Origin: Rhodobacterales bacterium
GTDB taxonomy: Bacteria; Pseudomonadota; Alphaproteobacteria; Rhodobacterales; Rhodobacteraceae
Length of the DNA stretch: 61,104 nucleotides
NCBI GenBank assembly: GCA_026400325.1
Contig: JAPLPF010000081.1
Coordinates: 45,388 to 106,491, forward strand
Reading direction: 5' to 3'
The notes beneath the pieces were generated by a model. It searched no databases. It saw only the letters and a list, made by a program, of their open reading frames with translations, and was not told the origin of the DNA. Positions 1 through 9,500 of this stretch are shown piece after piece. The position numbers and the translations under genes were made by a program. Numbering within the stretch: position 1 is the first letter of the stretch; each line of letters starts with the position of its first letter.

Positions 1-54
1 GAGCTGAGGGCCTCGGATTAACAGTCCGGCACGATAACCACTCTGTCACAGTTG

Positions 55-81
55 CACACGTGGACCAGCTGTCCACGTGTG
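55..81. repeat. Perfect 11-bp inverted repeat (CACACGTGGAC-cagct-GTCCACGTGTG) in the lower-GC left end
   Basis: Arms 55-65 and 71-81 are exact reverse complements; function unknown. Confidence 0.7.
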
Positions 82-201
82 TCTTCTCTACACGAAAAAG
101 AGAAAAAAGCTAGACCTGGCGGTAGTAGCTGTCGATATCTTGGGCCGACGAGCGGCATCATAGCATTATCTTGTCTGTAGACCTTCCTTCGTTCTTCTGT
201 C

Positions 202-2130
202 CTAGGGGAGATTGCGCGGCAGAACGGCGGGCTTGCTGTCCCATGTTCCCGAAATGTTCCATGCTTCATCGCGGTGGCTGTAGCGATAGACGATGTCGCC
301 GCTGTGCTTGCCGGACACGGCGAGGGTAAGGGTGAGGGTGTCATCCTCCGCACCGGCCCTTGTTTCCACGCCAGTGCCACCAATCGTTACTTCGGGCCAA
401 AGACGGCAGCCATCAAAGGCATAGTCGGTTCCGGACTCGGTGGCAGTCGCGGTCAAGGTTCCACCGAAGTCACAGCCGACGGTCAGCGAATCGGCCCCGT
501 CCCAGTTCCCGAGCGGGATGATCTGGTAAAGCTCGCTGTCCAGCGCCTGGGCGACCGCCACGGGATCGGCGGCGTCCTTCGGGTCCGTCAGCGTCAGCGG
601 GGCATAGTCGGCGATGAACTCCTGCTTGCAGGCCTGTTCGCGGGCCTTCGGCAGAGTGCCGTCGATCAGAAGATCGTAGACGATGTCATCCGGGCAGGCG
701 AGGCCGCGCCCCCAGATCACATGCGGGCCGCCCTCCAGGAAGACGCCATAGGCATTCCGGGCGCTGTCCAGCACCGAATAGGCCATCGAGATCGGGGTGA
801 TGGGATCCGCCTCGCCATTCAGGACCAGCGTCGGCCAATCACCCCCGGCAAAGGGGGCAGGCCGGACAGGCGGGCCCTGATGCGGCCAGTAGGCACAAGC
901 AAGCCGTTCCAGATAGTATGACCGCAGCAGGCGCGGCGCGTTCGGGGCAAAGGCGGCCGCTTCCGCCATGATCGCTGCCGCCCGCTCATCTGGCGTGCCC
1001 GGCCCGCTGTCATAGTCTGTGCAGGTGATGGCGTAGTAGGCGGCCGAAAACCAGCCGGGATCCGCAATCCCCTTCTGGGTGACAGGGTCGATGTAGGTGT
1101 TGGAATAGCCAAGTTGCAGCATCGGCACATGGTTGCCCCGCGCCGAGGCGGCAAGAACGCGCAGAAAGCTTGCCCGCCCCTCGGGCGAGTACAGCGCGTA
1201 GAAGGCATTCGCCTCCAGAAGGCCCGAGGTCAGCTGGCGTTCGACGATGGTCCCGTCAGCAAGCGGAAAGGGTACCAGCAGCGCCCCCTTGGCAAGTTGC
1301 GCGGAGAGGTTGTCATAAACCATCGCGGCATCGCCACCCATATCCGCCGCACAGGCCGGACTGTCGGCGCAACCGGCAAAGGTCCGCGACAAAAGCCGTT
1401 CTGCGGCGGCAGTATAGCGCGAATAGAAGCCTTCCGCGTCGAGGTTGAGATCGACAACACCGTCAAGGATAACCCCCCGGATGGCTTCGGGGAATTGCGC
1501 GGCATAGCCCTGGGCGAACTGGGTGCCGTAGCTTTCGCCATAGAGCCAGACCTTCGGTGCGCCGATGGCCTGGCGGAACGCCTCGGAATCGCGGATGGCC
1601 TGATCGCTGTTGACGAAGGGCAGAAGCTCATCACGCCCCATTTCGGCGGTGCAGTCGGCAACATAGCTTTGCGCCGTGCTGATTGCCGTTGCGGGATCGG
1701 ACACCGTGACCGGTGCGGCGTCAAAGACGGCCTGTGCGACAGGGCAGGCAAGCCCGTGGACAGGGCCGGTTCCGCGCTGGTCGACAAAGACAACGTCAAC
1801 ATACTGCAGCAGGCTTTCGTCGAACGAGGCAAGATAGCTTTCAGCCGAGGCAAGGCCCGAGGCGCCTGGACCACCCACGAAATAGAACAGGATTCCCCGG
1901 CTTTCGACGCTGGCAAAATGCAGTGCGAAGGTGATGTCGATTGTCTTTTCCGGGTCGTTGCCCAGATGGTCCAGCGGCAGGGTCAGCGTCGTGCAGCTGA
2001 GGCTGGACAGCTCGCACGGGGCCAGCTCCAACCCGGCCGAGGCGTCGAAAAGCGATGTTTCGGCCAGGGCCGGGCCACCAGACAAGGCCAGGGCAAATAG
2101 CGGGGCAAGATAGCGGGAATATGGGCGCAT
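202..2130 (-). CDS. Secreted alpha/beta hydrolase, TAP-like (S33) peptidase family
   Basis: 642-aa ORF; signal peptide (..ALALSGGPALA); GGPG oxyanion motif, DQRGTG, nucleophile elbow GESYG, DPITP (Asp) and GPH (His). Confidence 0.8.
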   Translation of the reverse strand: MRPYSRYLAPLFALALSGGPALAETSLFDASAGLELAPCELSSLSCTTLTLPLDHLGNDPEKTIDITFALHFASVESRGILFYFVGGPGASGLASAESYLASFDESLLQYVDVVFVDQRGTGPVHGLACPVAQAVFDAAPVTVSDPATAISTAQSYVADCTAEMGRDELLPFVNSDQAIRDSEAFRQAIGAPKVWLYGESYGTQFAQGYAAQFPEAIRGVILDGVVDLNLDAEGFYSRYTAAAERLLSRTFAGCADSPACAADMGGDAAMVYDNLSAQLAKGALLVPFPLADGTIVERQLTSGLLEANAFYALYSPEGRASFLRVLAASARGNHVPMLQLGYSNTYIDPVTQKGIADPGWFSAAYYAITCTDYDSGPGTPDERAAAIMAEAAAFAPNAPRLLRSYYLERLACAYWPHQGPPVRPAPFAGGDWPTLVLNGEADPITPISMAYSVLDSARNAYGVFLEGGPHVIWGRGLACPDDIVYDLLIDGTLPKAREQACKQEFIADYAPLTLTDPKDAADPVAVAQALDSELYQIIPLGNWDGADSLTVGCDFGGTLTATATESGTDYAFDGCRLWPEVTIGGTGVETRAGAEDDTLTLTLAVSGKHSGDIVYRYSHRDEAWNISGTWDSKPAVLPRNLP

Positions 2131-2136
2131 GATGTC

Positions 2137-2853
2137 CTACAGGGCCAGGGCGGCAAGGCGGTGATAGGAAGGAAGGGCTTGATCGGCGAGCCGCTGATAC
2201 GCAGGCGGCAGGTCGGGCAACGGACCTTCGGGGTCTTCAAACCCGGTCGAGCGGTGGACAGCGTTGTACCAATGTGGTGCCCAGGCGCCGTCCTGCGGTT
2301 TGGGTCCTGGGGCCCAGGCAAGCATGGCGTCGGTAAAGGGCAGATCAAGGGCGGCGCAAAGCCGTGTCAGCCCCTCGCGCGGATTTGCGCGGATGCTTTC
2401 GGCCGAGATCACTGGCGGCGGGGTGCCGGTAAGGTCGGCGATCTGATCGAACAGATCGGCCTGCTGCAGAAAGCCGATGTCCGCAAGGGTGGGCGCCTCA
2501 CGCTTCTTGGCGTAGCTGGCAATGACGCGGGCGGGGTGGCGGATCAGAAAGGCATTTGTCACAGCGCGCAGAAAGCTCCGGTCAAAGGCCGGGATCATGT
2601 GCAGCGTCATGTGCTTTTGATACCAGTGCGCTTTGCCGTCAGGGTTCGGCCCGGTGCAGAAGGCGGCAACGCGGTCGGGGTCCGCGGATTGACTGCCAAT
2701 CACTTCGGCTCGCATCGGATGGTCGATGCCGGTTGCGGTCAGATAGGCGGCATAGAAAGGCTCATCCGTCGCGGCACAATCGGGCCGGGCGGCGAAAGCA
2801 TACATCAACGCGGTGGACAGGTTCCGGGGGCCAGACCACATGGCAATCTTCAT
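2137..2853 (-). CDS. Sulfotransferase-like P-loop protein (BCAT-like-associated family)
   Basis: WSGPRNLSTALMY, DEPFYA, KHM, LIRHP and DGAWAPHWY..VHRSTGF motifs typical of this family. Confidence 0.8.
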   Translation of the reverse strand: MKIAMWSGPRNLSTALMYAFAARPDCAATDEPFYAAYLTATGIDHPMRAEVIGSQSADPDRVAAFCTGPNPDGKAHWYQKHMTLHMIPAFDRSFLRAVTNAFLIRHPARVIASYAKKREAPTLADIGFLQQADLFDQIADLTGTPPPVISAESIRANPREGLTRLCAALDLPFTDAMLAWAPGPKPQDGAWAPHWYNAVHRSTGFEDPEGPLPDLPPAYQRLADQALPSYHRLAALAL

Positions 2854-2991
2854 GGCAGACGCCTTGCAGCTTGTGTGTCTGGGGCATCGTCAAGGCATGG
2901 GCCGAAATCGAGGCGGCCGGCCACCAGATACTGCGCTGGATAGGTCCGGCTGTGCGGCAGGGGGAAGGATCGGTCGATTTTCTGAATGCTG

Positions 2992-3891
2992 TCAGGCACC
3001 TACCAGAGTTTTATAAAGCCCGCGCAAGCGTTCCGTCATCGGACCCATCTGGCCAGTACCGATCTGGCGGCCGTCGATGCTGCCAACCGGCGTCTGTGCG
3101 CCGAAGGTGCCGGTCAGAAAGGCCTCATCGGCGGAATAGGTGTCAACAAGGGAAAAGTTCCGCTCATGCACCGGGATGCCGTTCGCGCGGCAAAGGTCGA
3201 TGACCTTCTGGCGGGTGATGCCGTTCATGCAATAGTCGCCCGTGCTGGTCCAGACTGCCCCCTTGCGGACGATGAAGAAGTTGCAGGCGTTGGTGGTGTT
3301 CACGAAGCCATGCACGTCCAGCATCAGCGCCTCATCGGCGCCAGCCTTTTGCGCGGCGATGCAGGCAAGGATGCAGTTCAGCTTGGAGTGGCTGTTCAGC
3401 TTGGGGTCTTGCGTCATCGGCAGGCCGCGCAGGTGCGGCACGGTGGCCAGGGTGATCGGGCGCGGCAGGTTCGGGCGCGAGTGTTCCATGATGATGACCA
3501 TGGTCGGGCCCTGCTGGCTGAGACGCGGATTCTGGAAGGGCCGCGTCTTGACCCCCCGCGTGACCATCAGGCGGCAGTGGGCGTCGGTGGTCATCTGGTT
3601 GGAGGCTTGTGTCTCTAACACTGCGGAAATGACCTCGTCCCTTGTGCGGGCGATATCAAGATCAATGGCCTTGGCGGCTTCGAACAGCCGGTCGACATGT
3701 TCGTCGATGAACGCCCATCGCCCGTTGTAAAGGCGGATGCCTTCCCACACCCCGTCGCCCAGCATGAAACCGGAATCATAGACGCTGACCGTGGCCTGCG
3801 CCTTCGGTTTCAGCGTCCCGTCAACCCAGATCAGGATCTGGTCGTTTCGGGCATCCTCTTCCGCCTGATGGGTAGAGACGTGATTGGTCAT
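2992..3891 (-). CDS. PLP-dependent aminotransferase class IV (BCAT/D-amino acid aminotransferase-like)
   Basis: Start re-placed at ATG 3891 (MTNHVSTHQ); SVYDSGFMLGDGVWEGIR, GITRQ, ADEAFLTGT motifs. Confidence 0.85.
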   Translation of the reverse strand: MTNHVSTHQAEEDARNDQILIWVDGTLKPKAQATVSVYDSGFMLGDGVWEGIRLYNGRWAFIDEHVDRLFEAAKAIDLDIARTRDEVISAVLETQASNQMTTDAHCRLMVTRGVKTRPFQNPRLSQQGPTMVIIMEHSRPNLPRPITLATVPHLRGLPMTQDPKLNSHSKLNCILACIAAQKAGADEALMLDVHGFVNTTNACNFFIVRKGAVWTSTGDYCMNGITRQKVIDLCRANGIPVHERNFSLVDTYSADEAFLTGTFGAQTPVGSIDGRQIGTGQMGPMTERLRGLYKTLVGA

Positions 3892-3957
3892 CGCCTTCGG
3901 CCTTTCCGTTTGCGGCAGGCTAGGGGCAGGGTCGGTGCGGCGCAACAGGCAGAAAGA

Positions 3958-3991
3958 GCCTCCGGCGGGGATATTTGGGCCAGAATGAAAG
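3958..3991 (-). repeat. Small intergenic repeat element, copy 1 (CTTTCATTCTGGCCCAAATATCCCCGCCGGAGGC on the minus strand)
   Basis: Its first 24 nt match 46599-46622 at 19/24 positions; related core at 34567-34582. Confidence 0.55.
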
Positions 3992-3994
3992 CTG

Positions 3995-4444
3995 CTAGTG
4001 GTCGTGCAGGGCGTCGAGCCAGGGAAGCGCGCGGGTGGTAAGGAGGTCGAGCGCATGCGTGAGGGCTGCGGGGTCGTCCAGCACGTCGACAAAGGCCAGC
4101 TTGCCAGGGTCGCGGGGATGATCTTCGGCGAAGTGCCAGAGGGTAAGGTCGTCATCCTCTGGCCAGTCGGGGTGATCCGGCGGGTTGCCGTCGGCCGTGA
4201 CAAAGCGCAGGACGATCTGCGCGTCCCAGCCATAGCGGCTGCGCTGCAGATGGACCGCGGATTTGCCATTGGGAGTCGTGCGGCTGAACGTGCTGCCCTT
4301 CAGCGCATAGCCTTCCCGGACCAGTGCCTCTTCAAGCGCGGCAAGGATCGCGGCAAAGGCCGCTTCGCGCCGGGCCGGAAAGGCCGGGTCATGAGCGGCG
4401 GCATATTTGCGGGCGGCGAGGTCTTCGTCATCGGTAAGGGACAT
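3995..4444 (-). CDS. Hypothetical protein (DUF4304-like)
   Basis: 149-aa ORF directly downstream of pheS; HLQRSRYG motif; host-like codon usage. Confidence 0.6.
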   Translation of the reverse strand: MSLTDDEDLAARKYAAAHDPAFPARREAAFAAILAALEEALVREGYALKGSTFSRTTPNGKSAVHLQRSRYGWDAQIVLRFVTADGNPPDHPDWPEDDDLTLWHFAEDHPRDPGKLAFVDVLDDPAALTHALDLLTTRALPWLDALHDH

Positions 4445-4456
4445 CGCCGAATCCTT

Positions 4457-5539
4457 TCAGGACGACAGCCCGCCCGCAAGATCCGGCACGTCCAGCGCAG
4501 AAAAGCCGTAATGGCGCAGCCAGCGCAGGTCGGCCTCGAAGAAGGCGCGAAGATCGGGGATGCCGTATTTCAGCATGGCGATCCGGTCGATGCCCATGCC
4601 GAAGGCAAAGCCCTGCCACTGGGTCGGGTCCACCCCGGCGGCCTGAAGAACCTTGGGGTGAACCATGCCCGATCCCAGAATCTCCATCCACTTGTCGCCT
4701 TCGCCGATCTTGAGCTGGCCACCGACATTGGAATAGCGGATATCGACCTCGGCCGAGGGTTCGGTGAAGGGGAAATGGCTGGCGCGGAACCGAAGTTCCA
4801 CGCGATCGACCTCGAAGAAGGCGCGGCAAAACTCCTCCAGCGTCCACTTGAGGTTGGCCATGCTGATGTCGCGATCAATCGCCAACCCCTCAACCTGATG
4901 GAACATCGGGGTATGGGTCTGGTCCATGTCCATGCGGTAGACCCGGCCAGGGGCGATCACGCGAAGGGGGGCGCCCTGGTCCATCAGCGCGCGGATCTGG
5001 ACCGGGCTGGTATGGGTGCGCAACACATGCGGCGGGCGGCTGTCTCCCACATCGCGGTGCAGGAAGAAGGTGTCATGCTCCTGCCGGGCGGGGTGCTCGG
5101 GCGGGATGTTCAGGGCGTCGAAGTTGTACCAGTCAGACTCGACCTGCGGGCCTTCGGCGACGGCAAAGCCCATGTCGGCGAAGATGGCCGTCAGTTCGTC
5201 CATCACCTGGGAAACCGGGTGGATCGTGCCGCGCGGGCGGGGGCGACCGGGAAGGGTGACATCCAGCCATTCCGACTTGAGCCGTTCGTCCAGCGCTGCG
5301 TCTGCAAGGCCCGATTTGCGCGCGCGCAGGGCGGCGTCGATTTCGTCCTTGAGCGCGTTCAGATTGGCCCCGGCGGTCTTGCGAACCTCGGGCTCCATCT
5401 TGCCAAGCGTTGCCATAAGGGCGCTGATCTCGCCCTTCTTGCCCAGGGCGGCGATGCGCACCTCTTCCAGCGCAGCCTCATCTGCGGCGGCGGCCACGGC
5501 CGAAAGAAACTTGCCTTTGAGCGTGTCGATCCCGTCCAT
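4457..5539 (-). CDS. pheS: Phenylalanine--tRNA ligase alpha subunit
   Basis: [49 protein letters not shown]; start at ATG 5539 behind AAGGGA. Confidence 0.97.
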   Translation of the reverse strand: MDGIDTLKGKFLSAVAAAADEAALEEVRIAALGKKGEISALMATLGKMEPEVRKTAGANLNALKDEIDAALRARKSGLADAALDERLKSEWLDVTLPGRPRPRGTIHPVSQVMDELTAIFADMGFAVAEGPQVESDWYNFDALNIPPEHPARQEHDTFFLHRDVGDSRPPHVLRTHTSPVQIRALMDQGAPLRVIAPGRVYRMDMDQTHTPMFHQVEGLAIDRDISMANLKWTLEEFCRAFFEVDRVELRFRASHFPFTEPSAEVDIRYSNVGGQLKIGEGDKWMEILGSGMVHPKVLQAAGVDPTQWQGFAFGMGIDRIAMLKYGIPDLRAFFEADLRWLRHYGFSALDVPDLAGGLSS

Positions 5540-5654
5540 CGTCATTCCCTTTGGAAACCCGTCCCGTGCTAGCGGGGAAGGCACCGCTATGCAAGCGGGG
5601 CGGGTATCCCTGCGCAAGGCGGTAGGCTAATGCTGGGTCAGGGCTGGGGGTCAC

Positions 5655-6224
5655 ATGATCACAAGGACGTTCATCAAGGGCGATGCCGTGTCCGAGGCAA
5701 GCTATTCCGATTGCACCCGCTATCGCTATCTGCTCACCCGGGTCTGGGGGTCGGGGCCACGCGCGCTGTTCATCATGCTGAACCCCTCGACCGCGACCGA
5801 GGTACAGAACGACCCGACCGTGGAACGTTGCGAGCGCCGGGCCCGGGCGCTGGGCTTCGGGGCGTTTCGGGTCACCAACATCTTTGCCTTTCGCGCGACA
5901 GATCCAAAGGTGATGCGGGCCGAGGCTGACCCGGTCGGACCGGCAAACGATACCGCAATCCTTGACAGCCTGCCCTGGGCTGATGCGGTCATCTGCGCCT
6001 GGGGCAACCACGGGGCACATCTGGACCGGGGGGCGTCCGTGGTCAAACTGCTGCGACAGGCTGGTGCGCCGTTGGAGCATCTGGGCCTGACCGGTCAGGG
6101 GCAACCGCGGCATCCGCTTTATGTCAGCTATGACCAGAAGCCCCTGCCCTGGCCGGAGTCAGGCGGCCTTCAGGTCGATGGCGGCAAGATCAACCGGATC
6201 ACCGCGCAAGGTGGCGAGGGGTGA
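5655..6224 (+). CDS. DUF1643 domain protein
   Basis: YRYLLTRVW, FIMLNPSTA, DPTVERC, NIFAFRATDP, CAWG, PRHPLY motifs. Confidence 0.85.
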   Translation: MITRTFIKGDAVSEASYSDCTRYRYLLTRVWGSGPRALFIMLNPSTATEVQNDPTVERCERRARALGFGAFRVTNIFAFRATDPKVMRAEADPVGPANDTAILDSLPWADAVICAWGNHGAHLDRGASVVKLLRQAGAPLEHLGLTGQGQPRHPLYVSYDQKPLPWPESGGLQVDGGKINRITAQGGEG

Positions 6225-7184
6225 GCCATCCAGCATGAGGGTGGTTTCAGCGCCGTCTGCACTGACTTCGACCGACAGGACCGGGTCAGGGTGGACCGCT
6301 GGGTCATAGACCACGACCAGCCTGTCATCGGCAGCGCTGTAGTCGGCAACATGGGCGACGCCCCCGTCCTTGAGCCACTCATGCAGGACAAAATCGTCGT
6401 TGCCTTCGCCGCCATGGCCGTGGTCGCCCGCACCAAGGATCAGGGTGTCATCGCCTGAGCCGCCATTCAGGAAGTCCTCGTTGAAATCGTCAACCTCGCC
6501 CTGAAGGCCGGACAACCAGTCGTTCCCGGCATTGCCGTCGAGCGTGTCTGCCCCTGCACCGCCGTGAAGCCGGTCGTCCCCCTCACCCCCGGCCAGCCAA
6601 TCTGCATCGGCGCCACCGTCGAGAGAATCGGCGCCTGCCCCGCCCAGAAGCATGTCTTCCCCGGTGCCGCCCGAAAGACTGTCATCCCCGGAATGTCCGG
6701 CGAGCGAGTCGTCGCCGGCACCGCCATCAAGTTGGTCGTTTCCGTCCTGGCCCTCAACGGCGTCGGCACCGGCACCGCCGAAGACCGTATCAGCACCAGC
6801 GCCTGCCCAGACTGCATCATCGCCCTGCCCGGCGTCGATCAGGTCATCCCCGGCGCGGCCGTCGATCAGATCGTCGCCCTCGCGGCCGTCGATCACGTCA
6901 TCGGCGTCCTGGCCGGAAAGATTGTCTGACCCGGGCGTTCCCCGGATGGATTGGTCTTCGTCAAGCGGATCCTCACTGTCGTCGGACTTTGCGATGCCAT
7001 CAAAATCTTGCGATTCTGCTTCATCATCCGGCAGGCTGCTGCCCTCAGGCTCATTTTCGGGACCGGGGTTCGCGCCTTCGTCGCCGGCGTCATCGTCACG
7101 GTCGCCATCGTCCCGGCCGGACAATACGATGTCAGCGGCGACACCCGCTGCCACAAGCCCGAGAAGACCAAGTATCGTGAACAC
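6159..7184 (-). CDS. Calcium-binding protein with RTX/hemolysin-type GGxGxD repeats
   Basis: Many GGAGxDxL nonapeptides; acidic; hydrophobic N-terminal segment. Confidence 0.85.
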   Translation of the reverse strand: MFTILGLLGLVAAGVAADIVLSGRDDGDRDDDAGDEGANPGPENEPEGSSLPDDEAESQDFDGIAKSDDSEDPLDEDQSIRGTPGSDNLSGQDADDVIDGREGDDLIDGRAGDDLIDAGQGDDAVWAGAGADTVFGGAGADAVEGQDGNDQLDGGAGDDSLAGHSGDDSLSGGTGEDMLLGGAGADSLDGGADADWLAGGEGDDRLHGGAGADTLDGNAGNDWLSGLQGEVDDFNEDFLNGGSGDDTLILGAGDHGHGGEGNDDFVLHEWLKDGGVAHVADYSAADDRLVVVYDPAVHPDPVLSVEVSADGAETTLMLDGSPLATLRGDPVDLAAIDLKAA

Positions 7185-7431
7185 GACGTCACCCTGAACT
7201 GAGCGGATTGCCGCTGTTGGCCCGGATTTTCATTAACCATCTGACAGGACAATGAAATCTTGCAGAACCCTACCATGGCGCGGGTATCAGAAAAAGCGTT
7301 GGATCGCCGTAAGCTGCGGGATTCTGGCAAGGTGGTTAACGGCGCTTGCGTCGTTGCGAGTGCCAAATCCCCCTTCCCTTTCCGGCCGAATCCGCTTACG
7401 GACGCCCATCCGCAAGACTGCGGAGCCTCCA

Positions 7432-7489
7432 AGGGCCCTGCTGGACGACATCCCGGCTTGTGCCATGACCCCTAGAACAGGAGACCACG
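7432..7489 (+). promoter_or_regulatory. Putative alphaproteobacterial S15 (rpsO) autoregulatory leader RNA
   Basis: CTGCTGGACGACATCCCGGC motif immediately 5' of the rpsO RBS (AGGAGA), recalled as conserved in alphaproteobacterial rpsO leaders; boundaries approximate. Confidence 0.55.
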
Positions 7490-7759
7490 ATGTCGATCAC
7501 GGTTGAAGAAAAAGCGCGGCTTATCAAGGAATACGCGACCAAAGAGAACGACACCGGGTCACCGGAAGTTCAGGTTGCGATCCTGTCGTCGCGCATCGCC
7601 ACGCTGACCGAGCACTTCAAGGGCCACAAGAAAGACAACCACTCGCGTCGTGGTTTGCTGATGATGGTTGCCCAGCGCCGCAAGCTGCTCGACTACCTGA
7701 AAAAGAACAATGAGGGGCGCTACACCACCCTTATCACTCGTCTGGGCCTGCGCCGCTAA
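7490..7759 (+). CDS. rpsO: 30S ribosomal protein S15
   Basis: 89 aa; [29 protein letters not shown]. Confidence 0.99.
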   Translation: MSITVEEKARLIKEYATKENDTGSPEVQVAILSSRIATLTEHFKGHKKDNHSRRGLLMMVAQRRKLLDYLKKNNEGRYTTLITRLGLRR

Positions 7760-7782
7760 GGCCGTCCGGACCGGCAGTTTGG

Positions 7783-7820
7783 ACGCCCGTGCCCCCCAAA
7801 GGCGCGGGCGTTCTGCTTTT
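7783..7820 (+). terminator. Intrinsic terminator after rpsO
   Basis: Stem ACGCCCGTGCC/GGCGCGGGCGT (one G-U pair) followed by TCTGCTTTT. Confidence 0.7.
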
Positions 7821-7826
7821 CCATGC

Positions 7827-7857
7827 CTTGAGAACCCCACGGACCCCGGCCATATAG
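7827..7857 (+). promoter_or_regulatory. Putative RpoH (sigma32)-type promoter of the hslVU operon
   Basis: CTTGAG-N17-CCATATAG upstream of a heat-shock protease gene. Confidence 0.5.
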
Positions 7858-7875
7858 AAGCAAATGGAGGGTCCG

Positions 7876-8433
7876 ATGGCCGAAGACAAATTCCCCGGCT
7901 GGCACGGCACCACGATCCTTGCGGTCCGGCGTGGCGGTGAGGTGGTGGTGGCGGGCGATGGTCAGGTTTCTCTTGGCCAGACCGTGATCAAGGGCACCGC
8001 CCGCAAGGTTCGCCGCCTTTCCCCCGGCGGCAAGGATGTGGTCTGCGGCTTTGCCGGGTCCACCGCCGACGCCTTCACCCTGCTGGAGCGGCTGGAGAAA
8101 AAGCTTGAGGCGGCCCCCGGTCAGCTTGCCCGCGCCTGTGTTGATCTGGCGAAAGACTGGCGCATGGACAAATACCTGCGCAACCTTGAGGCCATGCTGA
8201 TCGTCACCGATGGCGAAAGCCTGTTCGTCATCACCGGTGCAGGCGATGTGCTGGAGCCCGAACATGACGTGGCTGCCATCGGGTCGGGCGGGAACTTCGC
8301 GCTGGCCGCCGCGCGTGGCCTGATGACCACCGACCTTTCCGCCGAGGATATCGCCCGCCGCGCCATGGCGATTGCGGCAGACATCTGCGTCTACACCAAT
8401 GGCAACCTTACCGTGGAGACGATCCGCAAATGA
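7876..8433 (+). CDS. hslV: ATP-dependent protease peptidase subunit HslV
   Basis: HGTTILAV (N-terminal Thr nucleophile), [26 protein letters not shown]; RBS GGAGG before ATG 7876. Confidence 0.97.
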   Translation: MAEDKFPGWHGTTILAVRRGGEVVVAGDGQVSLGQTVIKGTARKVRRLSPGGKDVVCGFAGSTADAFTLLERLEKKLEAAPGQLARACVDLAKDWRMDKYLRNLEAMLIVTDGESLFVITGAGDVLEPEHDVAAIGSGGNFALAAARGLMTTDLSAEDIARRAMAIAADICVYTNGNLTVETIRK

Positions 8434-9500
8434 CGCAAGACAGCATCGCCGGCGACCTTCGCGCCGCCGTCGCCGCCGGTATTCTTGACGAGGCACAGGC
8501 CGCGCGGCTGAAGGTGCTCGTCGATGACCGGCAAGGCAAACGCAACGCGATGCCACAGGAAGACGAGCCTTTCGAGTTCTTCAAGGGATTTTCGGAGATC
8601 TTCATCTCCATCGGCCTGGTGATCCTTCTGGCCGGTGTCACGGCATTGCTTACGATCATCGGCGGTTTCACCATCCTCACGCTGGTGCCGGCCATGGCTG
8701 CGGCGGTGGCCTGGTGGTGGGCTGGGTACTTCACGTTGAAACGCCGCATGACGCTGCCGTCGATGGTGCTGGCCGCCGCTTTTGGCGCAGGGCTGGTCAT
8801 CTTCTGCTTTGCCGTTCTGCAGCGGGGTGGCGTCGAGGAGCGGATGGTTGCCATCCTGGGCTTCGGGCTGGCCGCGATTGGCATGGTTCTTTGGTATCGC
8901 CGGTTCCTGCTGCCGTTCTCGGCCTTTCTGGCGGGGGGTTTCGTGCTGGCAGCGATCTATGCACTTACCGCCACGGCCACAAATGTCACCGGGCTGTTCG
9001 CGGCGGGCGGGTATGATTCGCTTTTCGACCTCAATGAAAGCCCGGCATTCGCGACGGCGACGCTGATCTTCGGGATCGGGGCATTTCTTGTCGGAATGTG
9101 GTTCGACACCCGCGATCCGCATCGCCTTGGCCGGCACGCGGCAACTGCGTTCTGGTGCCATCTCCTTGCGGCCCCTGCGCTGGTCAATACGGTTGCTCTG
9201 ACTCTCCTGAATGGAGGCGGCCTGGCCCTGCTTTCGGTGGCGCTTCTGGGCATCACCGTGCTGGCGCTGGTCATTGACCGGCGGTCGTTCCTGACGGCGG
9301 CCATCGTCTATATCGCGCTGGTCATCGGCTGGGTGATGGGCGGTGGCAGCGGCACGCAATGGATCTCGATCCTGATCGTCCTAGGCGCTGTCATCACCGC
9401 CATCGGCACCTGGTGGGTGCAGCTGCGCGCATGGCTGATGGGCGTGTTGCCCAATTTCCCCGGCAAGTCCCGCCTTCCCCCATATGGAAGCACCGAATGA
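8430..9500 (+). CDS. Multi-pass membrane protein of unknown function
   Basis: 356 aa with about 10 hydrophobic segments; ATGA overlaps with both hslV and hslU. Confidence 0.8.
   Translation: MTQDSIAGDLRAAVAAGILDEAQAARLKVLVDDRQGKRNAMPQEDEPFEFFKGFSEIFISIGLVILLAGVTALLTIIGGFTILTLVPAMAAAVAWWWAGYFTLKRRMTLPSMVLAAAFGAGLVIFCFAVLQRGGVEERMVAILGFGLAAIGMVLWYRRFLLPFSAFLAGGFVLAAIYALTATATNVTGLFAAGGYDSLFDLNESPAFATATLIFGIGAFLVGMWFDTRDPHRLGRHAATAFWCHLLAAPALVNTVALTLLNGGGLALLSVALLGITVLALVIDRRSFLTAAIVYIALVIGWVMGGGSGTQWISILIVLGAVITAIGTWWVQLRAWLMGVLPNFPGKSRLPPYGSTE

Noticed and set aside
114-135. CCTGGCGGTAGTAGC resembles the 5' end of a 5S rRNA
   Set aside because: The similarity stops after about 15 nt; no further 5S motifs or closing helix.
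3998-5572. 524-aa plus-strand ORF
   Set aside because: Antisense shadow of pheS and its neighbour; typical of high-GC DNA; no motifs.
5655-6224. DUF1643 as a prophage marker
   Set aside because: No integrase, structural or other phage genes nearby; it is flanked by housekeeping genes.
6400-6950. Periodic DNA repeats as a CRISPR-like array
   Set aside because: The periodicity is explained by coding GGxGxD RTX repeats; no constant repeat with unique spacers and no cas genes.
7340-7366. Possible CIRCE element (GAGTGCCAA half-site), given that hrcA is in the window
   Set aside because: The left arm does not match TTAGCACTC/TTGGCACTC at a 9-nt spacing.
8728-8743. parS-like CTTCACGTTGAAAC in the membrane protein gene
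   Set aside because: The extra base breaks the palindrome spacing, and the left arm also mismatches.
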